DNA of 57,487 nt, counting the filler, from Sluysia triapertura (lineage: Eukaryota), in assembly GCA_046118255.1 (NCBI GenBank). It is 4 parts of 4 records of this genome, joined end to end, with 100 filler letters (N's around TTAATTAATTAA, not from the genome) between each part and the next. Parts side by side here need not be neighbours in the genome. Positions count along the whole stretch, not along the records: positions 12,494 to 32,012 come from JBJNIA010062089.1; positions 32,113 to 44,359 come from JBJNIA010125965.1; 2 more parts are not named here. One strand, 5' to 3'. Positions 23,731 to 37,019 of the stretch are shown in pieces (position 1 is the stretch's first letter; each line of letters starts with the position of its first letter). The notes beneath the pieces are model-generated. The model was given only the letters and a program-made list of their open reading frames with translations, ran no database searches and was not told where the DNA came from. A program made the position numbers and the translations under genes.

Positions 23731-26531
23731 AACTAGGATCAAACCTACAAACAACAAAAAACGAATTTATACTATAAATATTCTTCTAATACGCAATACG
23801 AACCTTCAAAAATATTTCAAAATTCCTTCTTTGAAATCACTAGTTGATCCTTAAACATATTACATATCTTACCGAAATACCTTTTAATTTTTATGCCAAT
23901 TCATAAACACATTTACTATATTCAAATATATTTTATGCAGTAAAAGAACGTAGCATTGTTCATGATCGATTTAAAATTTGCATAAAACTTATCTCAGAAG
24001 GCAAGAAACCATACGGGAGAAAATTAAACAGCAGTCAAAAGTAAGTGGAATGAAAGAAATTTAGAAAGATAAAACTCTTTTATGTATCTTATATGCTTCT
24101 TTATGCATGCTGTATTTTTTGTATTTTTGTGCATAATTTATTATTTTTATTTTAATAATAGTAGTAATAATATGATATAAATAAACTTATGATAATTATA
24201 ATAATAATAATTTAATTTAATTTAATTTACATGAAAATAGCCTCAAATCCTCAATGATAAAAATGAGAAAAAGTTAATATTGACTGCTAAGCCAATTACG
24301 AAAAATTATTTGTAATGAAGTTTTAATAATAGAATTTTTTAATTCGTTTATAAATATTAATTGTAATGAAACTTACGTTATAAATTACAATAAAATTGAT
24401 AATGTTGAATATAGGATTGTTAAATGAAGTTTTAAACATATTTAACATATAATTTAAAATTGAGATTTACAAACATTTTGTATGTTCCATTAAGGTAATT
24501 ACAAAATCTATTCATAGTTATAACTCAGCGATTTTCTTGAATCTTAAACATTATCATATTCAACATTCATTAATTTCCTTTCAATACATATTGTAAATGC
24601 TACATACATTAACCATACATACATATGTAATGCTACCCACATTGATTAAGAAATTAATAAACATTAATTCATTGACTATTTGTAGTATTGATTTTATTGG
24701 ACCATTTTGTAATATTGATATAAATTTCAAAAACTATTTAACGATTTTATATTTAAATATTTTGATAAAGAAATTAATCAAAAAAGAAAAAGTAAGTGTT
24801 TACATTATTTTCAATAAATATTTTATTAATTTGAATTAAAATCTAATTAAATCTTTAATATTTTAATTAAAAATATTGTAATATATATGTTTTGTTTTAG
24901 TCTGACCAAGGTCATAACTTCCTTAACTTTCACCCATAATAATAAATAGTCTTGACATTTAAAGCGAAGCTCGGAGATTAGCATCCAGATTTGAAGAAAT
25001 CTTATTTTTCTTACATTAGACTCCTTACGTTAGTTTATTTTTATAAGGTATTGATATCGTTAAGATATCTCGTAAAATCTCACTCAAATTCTATTTTAAC
25101 TATTTTGGATCTTATAATAGATCCGTCGAAAAATCATTTTTTAAAATTATTCTTAAAGCTAAGAATTGATTAATTCTATCACAATATTATATATTTTGTT
25201 ATTATATAATTTTATTTTCTTATAGATAAAAATTTTTGTAAATAATAGACCTTTAAGTCAAATTTATTGTTTTCGATTTATAATAACTTTTATAGTTTCA
25301 ACTATAAAATCATTACTTAGATAGATTTGTTAGAGTATAATTTTAACGTCGCAAATTAATTATTCTTGATCCTGTTTCAAAGGATCTTCGAAAAATAACA
25401 GTTAAACCATTGAATAAATTTTATAGACGAATATAAATAACTTCAAATATCTGACATAACCTTAAGATTCTCTGAATTTTATTAAACCTCCAATAATTTC
25501 ACTTCACAAACCCAACGGCTGGCCCTAGCTGGTAAGTCCAGTACGTTGGTGAACTCAATTTTAATTTAATATTTATTCTGCTTTTCTTACAATATTGATA
25601 GTCGCCAATTCAAATTTACATTTCACATTTAATTTAAGATCCAAATTGCGTAAGGTCTCTATCGTAATGAAGATTAATTTGTGAATCTTTTATTGACAGT
25701 CAATGATAGTCAATGTTAGAATACTTTACTTAATGCAATACATTCATAATCCATTTGTTGAGATCGTATTAGTTACGTGTAAACGACCACACTTTTATCA
25801 TTTAGTTTTTTGATCTTGTTCAACAATAGGTCCGTGTTCCTCTATTATAAAAATTTTGATGAATATACTTCGCTCGGTTAGTTAAATTTTATTGTTATAT
25901 TCACTATTTGTTAAAACTCGATCATTATTTGCCTATTTGTTCAAGACCACGTAACTTAAATACTTCAAATACATTGTTACCACTAAATTACATCACTCTA
26001 TAATCATTATCGCACAAAACGTCAATAGAAAAAACGCATTTATTTACTTTTATGTAATATAAATGCCATAGAACACATTATTCATTTCGAATTATTTAAT
26101 TTCTAAATCATAAAATTATTTTACTTTTTCCCACTTCTATGCAGGTGGAAGGTACACTACCAATGGCTCAAAATATACTCTATTAATCAAATATTGACTC
26201 AAAATATACTTTTATTAATCAAATATTGTTCTATTAAAAAATTTTTAAAGCATAAACTAATCCTTTAAAATATACATCTAAAACGTTGTACATATATTAT
26301 TAAATTAAAACTACACAAAAGCAACAACAAATTATGAGATACTTCTTTAAAATCATATTAGTTATTTGTATAAATAAACATAATATATTATTTAAAAGAA
26401 CTTAATAAAACACGAAAAATTTTCCCTAAATATGCTTTATATACACAAAGTAAATAAATAATTCAAAACTAAAAAGAACATTATATTTACTAAAAAATTA
26501 CCTACTGATAAAAATTAGTAGAATAAAATTT

Positions 26532-26835
26532 TCAAAATTTAATTAAATTTTCTGTTTTTATAAAACTGCTTTCAGCATTAACAAATTGCTTTTTTGTCCA
26601 CTTTTCAATTTCTGGAATTTGAATACGAAAAAGACCACGGCTTTCAATACAGCGATTATTATTACATCCAGGACAACGCATTTTGAATTGTGTAGAAGAA
26701 GGTAGTCCACTTCGAAGATGATTTCGAACAGTTTCCGCCAATCCCTTAATAAACATTAAATAAATCTATTGTATTCACTGCCCTAAATGTGCATCGAAAT
26801 ATTAACAGGTTTTTGCTGTCGTGTCGCTTTTTTTC
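26532..26835 (-). CDS. Small unknown Cys-containing protein with a possible 34-nt intron at 26745-26778
   Basis: A GT-AG intron of the same size as two UTP25 introns joins ...FRCTFRA to GLAETVRNHLRS...RCPGCNNNRC...KF*. Start codon unresolved. Confidence 0.4.
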
Positions 26836-26954
26836 ATATTTTATTATTTTATTATATTTTATAATTGTATGTATAATAAGAACTGTAATTTTTTTAAATT
26901 TTACTCGAAAATAAGTGATTCAATCAAAAACCACATGAAATAAGCTGTATAAAG

Positions 26955-27370
26955 TGTAGTGGCCAACCTTCATAACCACTAAAAATTTCTTAAAAACCAT
27001 CATCTTTTCCTTCTCTTTTCACTACATCTCAACAGTCATACATCCATTTATTACATACTCTTTAAAGTGAATTTATATCCACAATTACACCCAACATTAC
27101 CAATCCACCAAAAACATGTACTTGACATCACAATAACCCAATAACAAACACATTCGAAATAATCCATTCAATACTTTCGAACCCTTTATTTTACACTACA
27201 CTTTAACAATTAATACCTAATATTTAATAATATTTAGTCAATAGTTTATTTGCTTAAACCAAATCACAATCATAAACTCATAACACATAAACCACAATTA
27301 CATTTAATACCATTCGACAACGCATAAGATACCTACTTAAATATTTATTATCAATCAATATACCAAAATC
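26955..27370 (+). repeat. TGTRGTGGCCAA-starting, C/A-rich solo-LTR-like repeat
   Basis: Aligns by eye along its length with the reverse complement of 40996-41587. Confidence 0.7.
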
Positions 27371-28403
27371 ATGCGAAATACCTTGTCAGATATTAAAACC
27401 TTCAAAATTATCAAGTAAAATTAATGCAACAAATATAATCAACACCAGATTACAAATGTATCTAACAACGCATTGTGTACAATTGAAATATATCTTTAGA
27501 TTGTCTACAGCTTTTAATGAAATATGCTCAAAACCAGCATTGTTTGTCGTAAACAAAGATCTTGTTTTAATAAATTGAAGTTTATTTTGACATTAGTCAG
27601 ATTTATGATTCACAAGAATTCAATTAAGTCTGAAACAATGATGGAACAAAACAAAATCACTGATATAATTAATGTTATAAGTATTACTCAGAACAATAAT
27701 TCAGATATCCTAATCAACCTCATTTCAAATTTTTTAGTGGATTTAGATCGAATGATCTTGCAGTCATTGAAATTGAAATTCAAATACATTACTCTGTTCA
27801 AGTTAAACATGCTCGCACACTTATATATCAAATCGTAATAAGATTGAAAGATGTAACTACTATTCAAAATAGAAATGAAGATAAGTATGGCGAGAAAATA
27901 TTTGTAGTAAATTTTTATCTTTTTTGTTTAATTTCTAATTCGTATATCTTGTTTTTTTTAGATCATGAGATGCAGCGAGATGTGGCAACAAAATCGATCG
28001 ATCTGAATATAATAACTGATAAGAACTTAGAAATTAATTGTTTAATATTTAGTTTGAATTGTAAATTAATATGACTTTTAATTGCTTACTTAACCATGTA
28101 AATAAAAGTAATCTTAAGTCTAAAGTAAATTTGTCTGATTTAGAAATAGTACGTACGAATTGTAAGATAATATATAAACGATATATGAACAATAATTTTA
28201 TTGACCATAATTTCATTATAATGTCATACTATTATATCTTATCAAGCTTTAAACGTGTACTGAATAAGTTTACAAATGTCAGTGTAATTCAACTATTTCG
28301 TTATAAAAATACGCTCATAAATTTTTATCCGGCCATCAAATTAATAATGTTAAATTTCAATATAATGCAAATTTATATCTTACCAAATAAAGTACTATGG
28401 TAG
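27371..28403 (+). pseudogene. Decayed intronless ORF of unknown family B
   Basis: Three consecutive frameshifted ORFs. IITDKNLEINCLIFS resembles AITKSKTVEINCFNMN at 56.2 kb. Confidence 0.45.
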
Positions 28404-30027
28404 ACATCATCCTTACACAAAATTTTAATGCAACACACTACACTAAAAATCACATTTTTACAACATCTAAATCGGATGTTTAGTTGTCATTGTGGTTGCG
28501 TGCACTTGGTGGTACATTTTGGTTACTAATTGCTTTGTTATTAATTTTTGAATTATTATGCATCAACCCGGACTTTATTGTTTGTGTTTAGTGTAGTTGT
28601 TGGTGTGACACAAAAATTTCAATACTAAAGAATTAATTGGTTAAAAGTTAATCAAAAATGCTAATGTTAGCTCGATTAGAAAACAGCACAATCCACAATT
28701 TTAAACACAATATTCATTCAAATTTTAAACCACAACAATTTGAGTAAACTTTACGACGATTCGAATAGATTTTACTACGATAATTTGAATAAACTTTAAC
28801 TGCGACAATTTTAAACTACTGTAAATACTGTAAATACACTGTGAAATTTGTAAATAATTAAACTTTTATATTTTTGAAAATAATTATTAGTATTATTCAC
28901 AGGAAATTATTATTATTATAAATATAATCAAATTATCAAAAAAATTGTTCATCAAAAATTATTTATTTATTCAAATAAGTTTATTTATGGTTTATGAGCT
29001 GTCAGTCATGAATGAAACACACAAGGAATTATAAATCTAGTAGCGAATTTGTTACAAAGATAATTTACCGATGAAACTAATTTTAAGGATCTACTCGTCA
29101 TACCTAATTTTATTCAATATTTCAAGAAGCTTCGAAGTGGGATTCACGAAATTAGACTTTTATTGGAACAATACTTTGGATCATTTTTTTATTGGAAATT
29201 TTTTATGATGATGGCTGAAAACCTTAAGTAAGCTTATTCTTAATAAGAATATTGCATTGATAAATTTGCATTAACATATTAAAATCATTTTCAATTTGAA
29301 ATCCAAGAATTACTCCTGGATCAAAATCTATACCAAAATCGATTTTATAAATTTATGATAATTTGCACTATATTATTATAGTGTTGTTTCTTTTCATTAA
29401 CTTATTAAAAATTCATTGTTGAATAAATAATTTTGTTATTGCAGTGATTTTCTCATTGAAAGATTAAAGTATTGTAAAATATAAGATAAAAAGAAAATTA
29501 ACATTCTTCTGGATAAAATTTAAAAGAATTGACAGATTTGATCTAAGATATTAAAGTTATAATCATTACATTCTTAAGTAAATAGTTTCAATTATTTAAC
29601 ATATAAAGTTGATTACAGTTGTCATATCTTGAAGGTTAAATACTTAAAGAGATAATTTAGATTGCTAAATAACGAAACAAGAAAATAGTTTTTATAATTA
29701 ACTTAATTAAAGCAAAGAGTTAATAAAATGACCCTCATTTCATTACTCCAAAGACTAAGTTATTCTTTCGTCCTTTTCGTAAGATAAATCGTATTACGCA
29801 AGCGGACCCATAACGCATTGATATTATCATTGTTTTAAACTCAGCAAAAGTTGAACAATATGGACGTGTACCTTATAAGTCACTTACTATCGACAAACCT
29901 GTAAGATCATTTTGCTAAATGTTTCAAGAGTAAAAAGGCATCTTCGTCGATTTTATATAATAAAGGTCCAATTTGTCTTTATATTTGTCTTTATTTAACT
30001 AATTGTTTCTAAGGAAATGTTTTCTTA

Positions 30028-30160
30028 AACATTAATTATTATTTGAATTAGATTTTTCTAAATATTCAAATTTTATTATTTAATTCAACATTAATTATTA
30101 TTTGAATTAGATTTTTCTAAATATTCAAATTTTATTATTTAATTCAACATTAATTGTTAT
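30028..30160. repeat. 59-bp tandem duplication
   Basis: AACATTAATTATTATTTGAATTAG...TTTAATTC twice, plus a partial third copy. Confidence 0.85.
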
Positions 30161-31241
30161 TTATTTAAAATAAATTATTTATTTATTCATCTAAAATAGA
30201 AGGAAATGGAATAAAATAGTCCATGAAAATGAACTTGATTTAGGAATTATTGATTTTAATTATTAACACATTCTGTGTGGAAAATAAAAATTATAATATT
30301 AAAAATATTAAAAATCTATTTTATCGATCAATTTAATGACTGAAATTAACTATGCTTTATTTGCTTATAAATAACACTGAATAAATGAAAATGAAATAAA
30401 AGCATATTTTATTAATATATCAAAAGAAGACAGACATTTGCAGTGCAAATTGTAAAGAGCATCAAAGTAATATATTTTAATTATTATTTAATTTTAATTG
30501 TAATTAAATTAAGAATATTATTATTAATAAAAATATTATTTTTGCTAAAATATTTTTTATAATTAAACTTATTTTATTTTACATAAAGTATCACTTTTAT
30601 CGTTATTTATTGTTAATTTTATTTTTTCTAACTCTTAACCTACGTCAAAATATTTTTGAGCAGGGTCCGGTTACAGTAAACGTCTTACAATGTATCGTTG
30701 ACGCTTCTGTAACTAATAAGTTAAAAGATTACTTAATAAATAATGTCTCTATCTAACAAATTAATGGTAGAAGGTCATATAATGGCTCAAAAGTATTAAT
30801 TAAATAATTAAACAACGCAAAAATATTTAAAAATACAAAATTCAAATCACTTAAGACAGTAGATTAAGAAGACAAAAATAATTAATTTAAAGATTAAAGC
30901 TCCATGAGTGTATAATCTAATGCTAATATAACTTGAGTCAATTTTATAAATCAGGGACTTAAAAACTTTATAAATTAATATGAAATTTACTTGTATTTTA
31001 TGATTTTAATTTCGAACGTTAAAATCGCCCTTAAAAATATATAAATTAACAAAAATTGATATTGTCTAGAGAATGATCGAGGAATAGCTGGAAATTGTGA
31101 CAATTACTAAAATTTACAATTATCTTGAATCACGCATTAAAATTGAAAAATTTGTATTTTCTAAAATGGCGACGATAGAATAGCGATTCTCACTGCATTG
31201 ATTCTAGTTTATATACTAGTCATCATCCTATGAAAATCGAT

Positions 31242-31281
31242 GGAATGTTCTAGAATATTCTAGAACATTCTAGAAGCTTCT
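31242..31281. promoter_or_regulatory. Perfect 8-unit heat-shock element array
   Basis: gGAAtgTTCtaGAAtaTTCtaGAAcaTTCtaGAAgcTTCt: eight alternating nGAAn pentamers. Confidence 0.6.
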
Positions 31282-31625
31282 ATTTTTAGGAGATACTTTT
31301 CTTTTTTAGAAATTTTATCTTTTTTGGAAAATAAATTTCTCTTTTAGAAAATAATTGTTTTTTAAGTATTTTTAAAGATTAATAAATAGATTTAAAATAT
31401 TTTATATAGTTTTGATTAATTTTTTGATGGTTTTAAATAGTTTTAAATAATTTTAGTGTCACTATGGCATTTTTGAATGATTTTGTATGGTTGCGATGAC
31501 AACATGGCACAGTGTTTATATTAATTTTTGAGTGAGTGCATCATTATACAATTTTTATTATTTTACCTTAATAATAATAATTATAGTATTTTCAATATAT
31601 TTTAAGGAATGGTATTGTATGGTTA

Positions 31626-31999
31626 TGTCGGGATTGTCCAACTTTGGATTAGGAGTAGAGTAAAAGACATAGAATTACAAATTAAGGAAGAATTGATGAG
31701 AAGTAATAGATGAAGTATTATAAACATTGTTGAAATAAGAATCATGAAAAAGAAAAGATTCTATATAAGGGTTTGAGACCTTAAGGAAGTTTGAGATGGA
31801 CTCAAAAAACCTTTAGAAGCATTAAGGTACCTTTAGAACTTTAGAACCTTTAGGTCATTTAAGACCTTATTAACCTTTGAGTATTTTTGAAACCTTGATA
31901 AGCATCTAAGATCTTCAAGCAATATCGTAAAGTATATAAAATCTTTGAAATGATTGAGAAATAAAATCTTTGTTCAAAATAATAAAGATAAGTTTAACA
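31626..31999 (+). mobile_element. Solo-LTR-like element
   Basis: TGT...ACA ends, TATATAA near 31762 and AATAAA at 31981; homolog at 11608. No TSD visible. Confidence 0.55.
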
Positions 32000-32012
32000 T
32001 AGTAATAATTAA

Positions 32013-32112
32013 NNNNNNNNNNNNNNNNNNNNNNNNNNNNNNNNNNNNNNNNNNNNTTAATTAATTAANNNNNNNNNNNNNNNNNNNNNNNNNNNNNNNN
32101 NNNNNNNNNNNN
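32013..32112. other. Artificial assembly linker
   Basis: 44 N + TTAATTAATTAA + 44 N. Confidence 0.97.
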
Positions 32113-32324
32113 GACTCAGAATTGATAACCACTTTTTCGTGTTACTTGATGTAGACGATGATATATATACACGGAATCAGAAGATCTGCAGTAGGATACA
32201 ATATAAAAAGTAAAAATAGAAATAAAATATTCATAATAGAATATATTACTTTAAAGTATAAGCGAATATTTTTATTGAATTAATAACTGTATTATTGACA
32301 GGTCTTTTTATTAAGTTGTTTGAG

Positions 32325-32408
32325 TTACCGATCTATTACCGAATTACCGATCTATTACCGAATTACCGATCTATTACCGAATTACCGATCTATTACCGAA
32401 TTACCGAA
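32325..32408. repeat. 19-bp minisatellite TTACCGATCTATTACCGAA, about 4.4 copies
   Basis: Perfect tandem copies. Confidence 0.95.
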
Positions 32409-32976
32409 CTACCTCAACTTGCGTAACTTCGAATTGTAGTTAATATTCTCGGTCGTAACCAATTTACAAAATTTATACAGACTGCACAGTGACCATACCG
32501 TTAATGGTACCCTTTATATACACAGACATAAATATGCATAATCATAGATAAAAACAATACATACAAGCTTCAGCAAACAATGTTAATAATAATTTTGATA
32601 ATGAAACGTTAACTGAGTGTGACAAATTTTGAAAATCATGATTGTTTTTTATGTTTTGATATTTTTTGTTTAGGATTGTGTTAATGCCTGCTTATGATCA
32701 TGTTTATTGTTAGAGTTCACCACAATTTCAATAATTATCGATGCGGCAAGTCTTGCATTAGACTTGAATTAATAAAGGATTGTAATTAGTTATTGTTTTG
32801 TTTAAACTTTTTTTGGGACAAGAGTCCTTCTTGATTTAAATATTTGAGAAATTTTTGTTTAATTGGGGTTCTATAAAATTAATTTCTAATTTCTTACTAT
32901 TTGATTCAAAATTAAACATTTATGTATGATAATTGATGTTTAACTTTGTGATATTTGATAATATAATTGTTAATTA

Positions 32977-33400
32977 CAGTGGTGGCCAAATTTGTGATGA
33001 AATTCAACATTTTTCATGGATACTGCAAAACTATTAATCAAAAGTGTATAAATAGAAGTGTATAAAACCATTGTCACGGAACATGTAAAATGTTGGAAAA
33101 TAATTACTTTCTCCAAAAAAAATTCTGGTGAAACCAAAATAATTGATAAAAATACAGAAATTTTATTCATGAAGAATGATAACACAATTTACTACAAATC
33201 AAATATGTGTATACTTTTGTGTCAGTACATTTTTTGCCCTCCTCTGTTATCCAATAATTTCTTGATCCTTGGTCACAAGTCTTTGATCTCGTCATCGTGA
33301 TGCCTTACTTTTATCAGGCTTTCAATAAATTAAGTCCTGGTGGTTGGTTTATGGGTAGAAACTCACATTTTGACAATCTCCTACAGAGTTTCTAGGCCAT
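32977..33400 (-). mobile_element. Tc1-like element 3' end
   Basis: TA|CAGTGGTGGCCAAA terminus at 32977. The minus strand of 33225-33400 gives a decayed Tc1 C-terminus (..ETL*EIVK...KPTT...RGGQKMY*). Confidence 0.6.
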
Positions 33401-33562
33401 GGTAAAAAATATTAAGAAAAGCATATTTTTCCTCTTTTAGACTAATAATTTATTCTGATTTCTAAAGATAATTAATAGATAATTAATATTATTATAAAAG
33501 ATGCGACTTTATTGAAAAACAAGAATGATTTACCTCAAATTCAAATGTTTGTTGTCTAATCT

Positions 33563-33708
33563 TTCCAATTTTCTTGTAGTTTGCTGTTCAATACATTTCT
33601 CATTATATGCTTCCAATTTTCTTGTAGTTTGCTGTTCAAAACATTTCTCATTATATGCTTCCAATTTTCTTGTAGTTTGCTGTTCAAAACATTTCTCATT
33701 ATACGCTC
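33563..33708. repeat. 48-bp minisatellite, 3 copies
   Basis: Unit TTCCAATTTTCTTGTAGTTTGCTGTTCAAAACATTTCTCATTATATGC. Confidence 0.95.
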
Positions 33709-35706
33709 ATTTTTTAAGAACTTTAAAGTACAATAGTTATTTTTGCGAAACATGAAAGCAATACATGAATGCAAATAAATGAATGCAAATTTTAAAAATA
33801 ATTGAACTTAACCACATAAATTTAAAATAAATTAATAATTAATAAATATTAGATAACTCTTAAATAATTAATTATATTTATGCATTTGTTTAAATAAGTA
33901 TGTGTCCATTAGCAACAAATTATACAATGTATTAACATAAAATGATAGAAAATGATTTATGAAATGAAGTGTATACAAATAATAAAAATATCGTATGTAC
34001 TCTTTTATTTTATATACATATGGTTTGCTTTACCTTACTTTTATTTTATATTTTATATTATTTTATTTTTTATATTTTATTTTACTCTTAAAATAGTATT
34101 GTACTTCTTTAATTGTTTTAAGTTTTATAGTTTTATCAAAATTTACCAAATTAAACAATTGAATGATAGAGAATGAACTTGGGGTCTATGTTCACACACT
34201 GATGCACATATAATCATAAATAAAAGACTGTAAATTGTTCTATGAAAATAATAATTCAAATTAGATCATTTCGTATTTTCGGCTTATAAAAAAGTTGTTT
34301 TTGTATAAGAAATTTACAAATAATAAAAATAATTTAATTTACATAATTTTTATTCATATTAAGAAAAACCATTAGAACTTAGCCTCAAGCCATTTTTATT
34401 TTGGAAATGAAATTGGAAAATAGAAGCAAACATGAAAATATCATTAATAATATAAATAGAAAAGAATCAAAGTAAAAATACTATTATTTGTATATTGAAA
34501 TTTTGTTCGTGATATTTCAACTTTTTATTTATTTTTTTATATAATAATAATAATAATAATTACTATTATTATTTTGCATTCTATTACTTATTTTAATTAT
34601 TACTTATTTTAATTATGCTACTTTTAACATTTGACAAGAAATTAAACCATTTGTTCTTTTAAAGTTTTAAAGTAGTTTTATATTTTTATATTTTTGATCA
34701 AAGCTCTTAAAATATTTAAATTTATATTCATAATTCAAAATAATTGTCACAGATTAAATAACTTTGCAATGAATTGTTCCTATCGGATTTTAATTTTTTA
34801 TATCCATGCATGAGCAACATTAAACAACGTTTCAAAAATTCTTGGATGTTATTCAGATTCTTGTTGTAAACATGAATTTTTAGATTTAAAACTCATCTGA
34901 CATTGAGTTTGAAAAATTATAATTTCGTATTATCTTTTCGTAAAAGTGAAATAAATAACATAAATTTCATTACATTTCATAGTTTATTTTTGTAATTTTT
35001 TTGATAATTTTTTTATTTCAATCTTAAAAGTTCCAAAATTTTATTTCTTTATAAAAATAAATATATATTTTACATATAAAGTTATGTATTAAATTTTCAT
35101 ATTCAGAAAAATTAAAAATTTACGTACAAAAAATGATTCAGTCAAGATTAATCAAAACAATGTATCATGTGAAACTCAAGACACTTTCTTAAAATTACAT
35201 TGGTTAACTCTGTAAACTGTTAACTTAAAAATATCTAAATTTTACCAATTTGCTACTTATTGTAGCAATATTCAGCTTAATTTTCATTAAAATTATCCGA
35301 TTCTGAAAAACAATCCTCAAATTAATTGTAAATTTTTATCATACTTATTGAACAAATTTTTACGATCCTATTAATTAAATGTATCTTTTATTCTCATATT
35401 ATAACTGCATCAACAATAATTTATCTTCGTAATATTATTTCCGAAGAATTAAAATATAAATAAAATCAAAATAAACCTTTACAATTATAGAGACAAATAT
35501 ACAGATTTAAATCTAATTATTTTAATAATAGTTTGAAAAATTAAAGAAAAAATAGGTGTGCCATTCCATTTTTATTTGCTAAACAGCAAGTTATGAGTCA
35601 AAAAATTGGAATGAATCTATTTTCAATTTAAATGAAAATATTATGGTTTTTAAATCAAAATTTCACTTTATTTGAAAGTAATAAAATGTGTTTATTTATT
35701 ACTAAC

Positions 35707-37019
35707 GTCAGATATTTGTGGTACAGTGTACACCTTAGCTCCAGCTGGAAGACCGGCTGATTCCGATTTTAAAGTGGTTTTAATTGCAACCAACAATCGG
35801 CCTCGATAAGCCACACCTTCTCCTAAACCACGATTTAATTCTTCTTTCGGTCGAATCATTTGTTCGTAAGTATAATTTCGAGGAGTACCATAAAGATTTA
35901 TCCAAGCCGGTCCAAAAGTAGGCAAAAAACCTAAATTCCAGATAAAACTAATAATCATTAACAATAAATTTCACCATTGTCACCTTCGTTCATAATTAAA
36001 TTGAGATCGATAAAATGTGTTGCAATACATTCATTATACACAGCATCTGAATCGAACACTGATATTCGAATTCGATGACAAAGTGGTGGAAATGATTCAG
36101 TAAAAACAATTTCTTCATTCCATTCCGGTGAATAAGTGCTTTTTTTAGTTTTGGTTTTGTTCTGAAATTCATTTTAAGTTATTTATTATCATAATAATAA
36201 ATTTGTTTTTAGAAATAAAGTGATTTACTTTGTAGAAAATCAATAATGCTAATAATAAAAGTAAAATAGATAAAAGATTGTTAATTATTCACAGCAATTT
36301 TGTTTAAAGTTGACATGAATTGTCAAAATATCAAATGAAATGCTTCTTTTATTATTTCATATCAATTATTAGTAAAACATGTTTCATGTATTGGTAAAAT
36401 ATTTTATAAAATTTGTTTAAATTTATAAAACATTTTATTAATTTTAATTTTATAATTTTGATTCATATTTTTAAAATAAATTTCTGAATTATATTAGGAT
36501 GATTTATAACTTATTTTTGTGTAGATTATGTAAATTACATTTTAATTACTTTTATTTTATATGTCATTTTTAATTAAAATATAAATTATTACAATTTTGC
36601 AGTCTTCTATCGAGGCAGCCCCAACGCTAATTTAACGAACATTAAAATGTTTATTTTTATCAGACGTTTAATTGTGAAAATTTTGTATTTTCGCTGGAAT
36701 TAAATAGGACCTGTAGAAAATTCAATGGAAATAAAATAGGATCGCAAAGGGTTAAAAGTGATATCATCAGAAATTTATTTGCCCAAATCCATTATTAAAT
36801 GAAATGAGATGAAAATTTTAACTAACCGTATGACCTGCAAAAGATACTTGAACAAAAGGATCAACGAGAGGCTTTGTTTCTCCAGTAAATGCTTGCTTAA
36901 TTGTTGCCATTATATCAGTGTTCATACGTGGTAAATCTTCAGCTTTATAAATTTTGACTGCTATTTCTGCCATTTGACGTTTATTGGATGATTTTATTGT
37001 TTGGGGTAATAATAAGTTA
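35707..37019 (-). CDS. OTOF: Otoferlin-like ferlin, C2C-domain region. Exons 36827-37019, 35975-36161 and 35707-35930
   Basis: Phase-consistent splicing gives NLLLP...[37 protein letters not shown] / [25 protein letters not shown]...IATHFIDL / [20 protein letters not shown]...[15 protein letters not shown]. This closely matches otoferlin/FER1L6-type ferlins. Confidence 0.92.
36590..36755. mobile_element. piggyBac-type MITE in a ferlin intron
   Basis: Right end GGATCGCAAAGGG|TTAA; subterminal GTCTTCTATCGAGGCAGCCCC is shared with the 54.1-kb element. Confidence 0.55.

Noticed and set aside
32325-32408. Telomeric repeat
   Set aside because: The TTACCGA-based 19-mer is internal, short and matches no telomere unit I know.
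33525-33774. Repeat-protein ORFs on both strands
   Set aside because: By-product of a stop-free 48-bp minisatellite.
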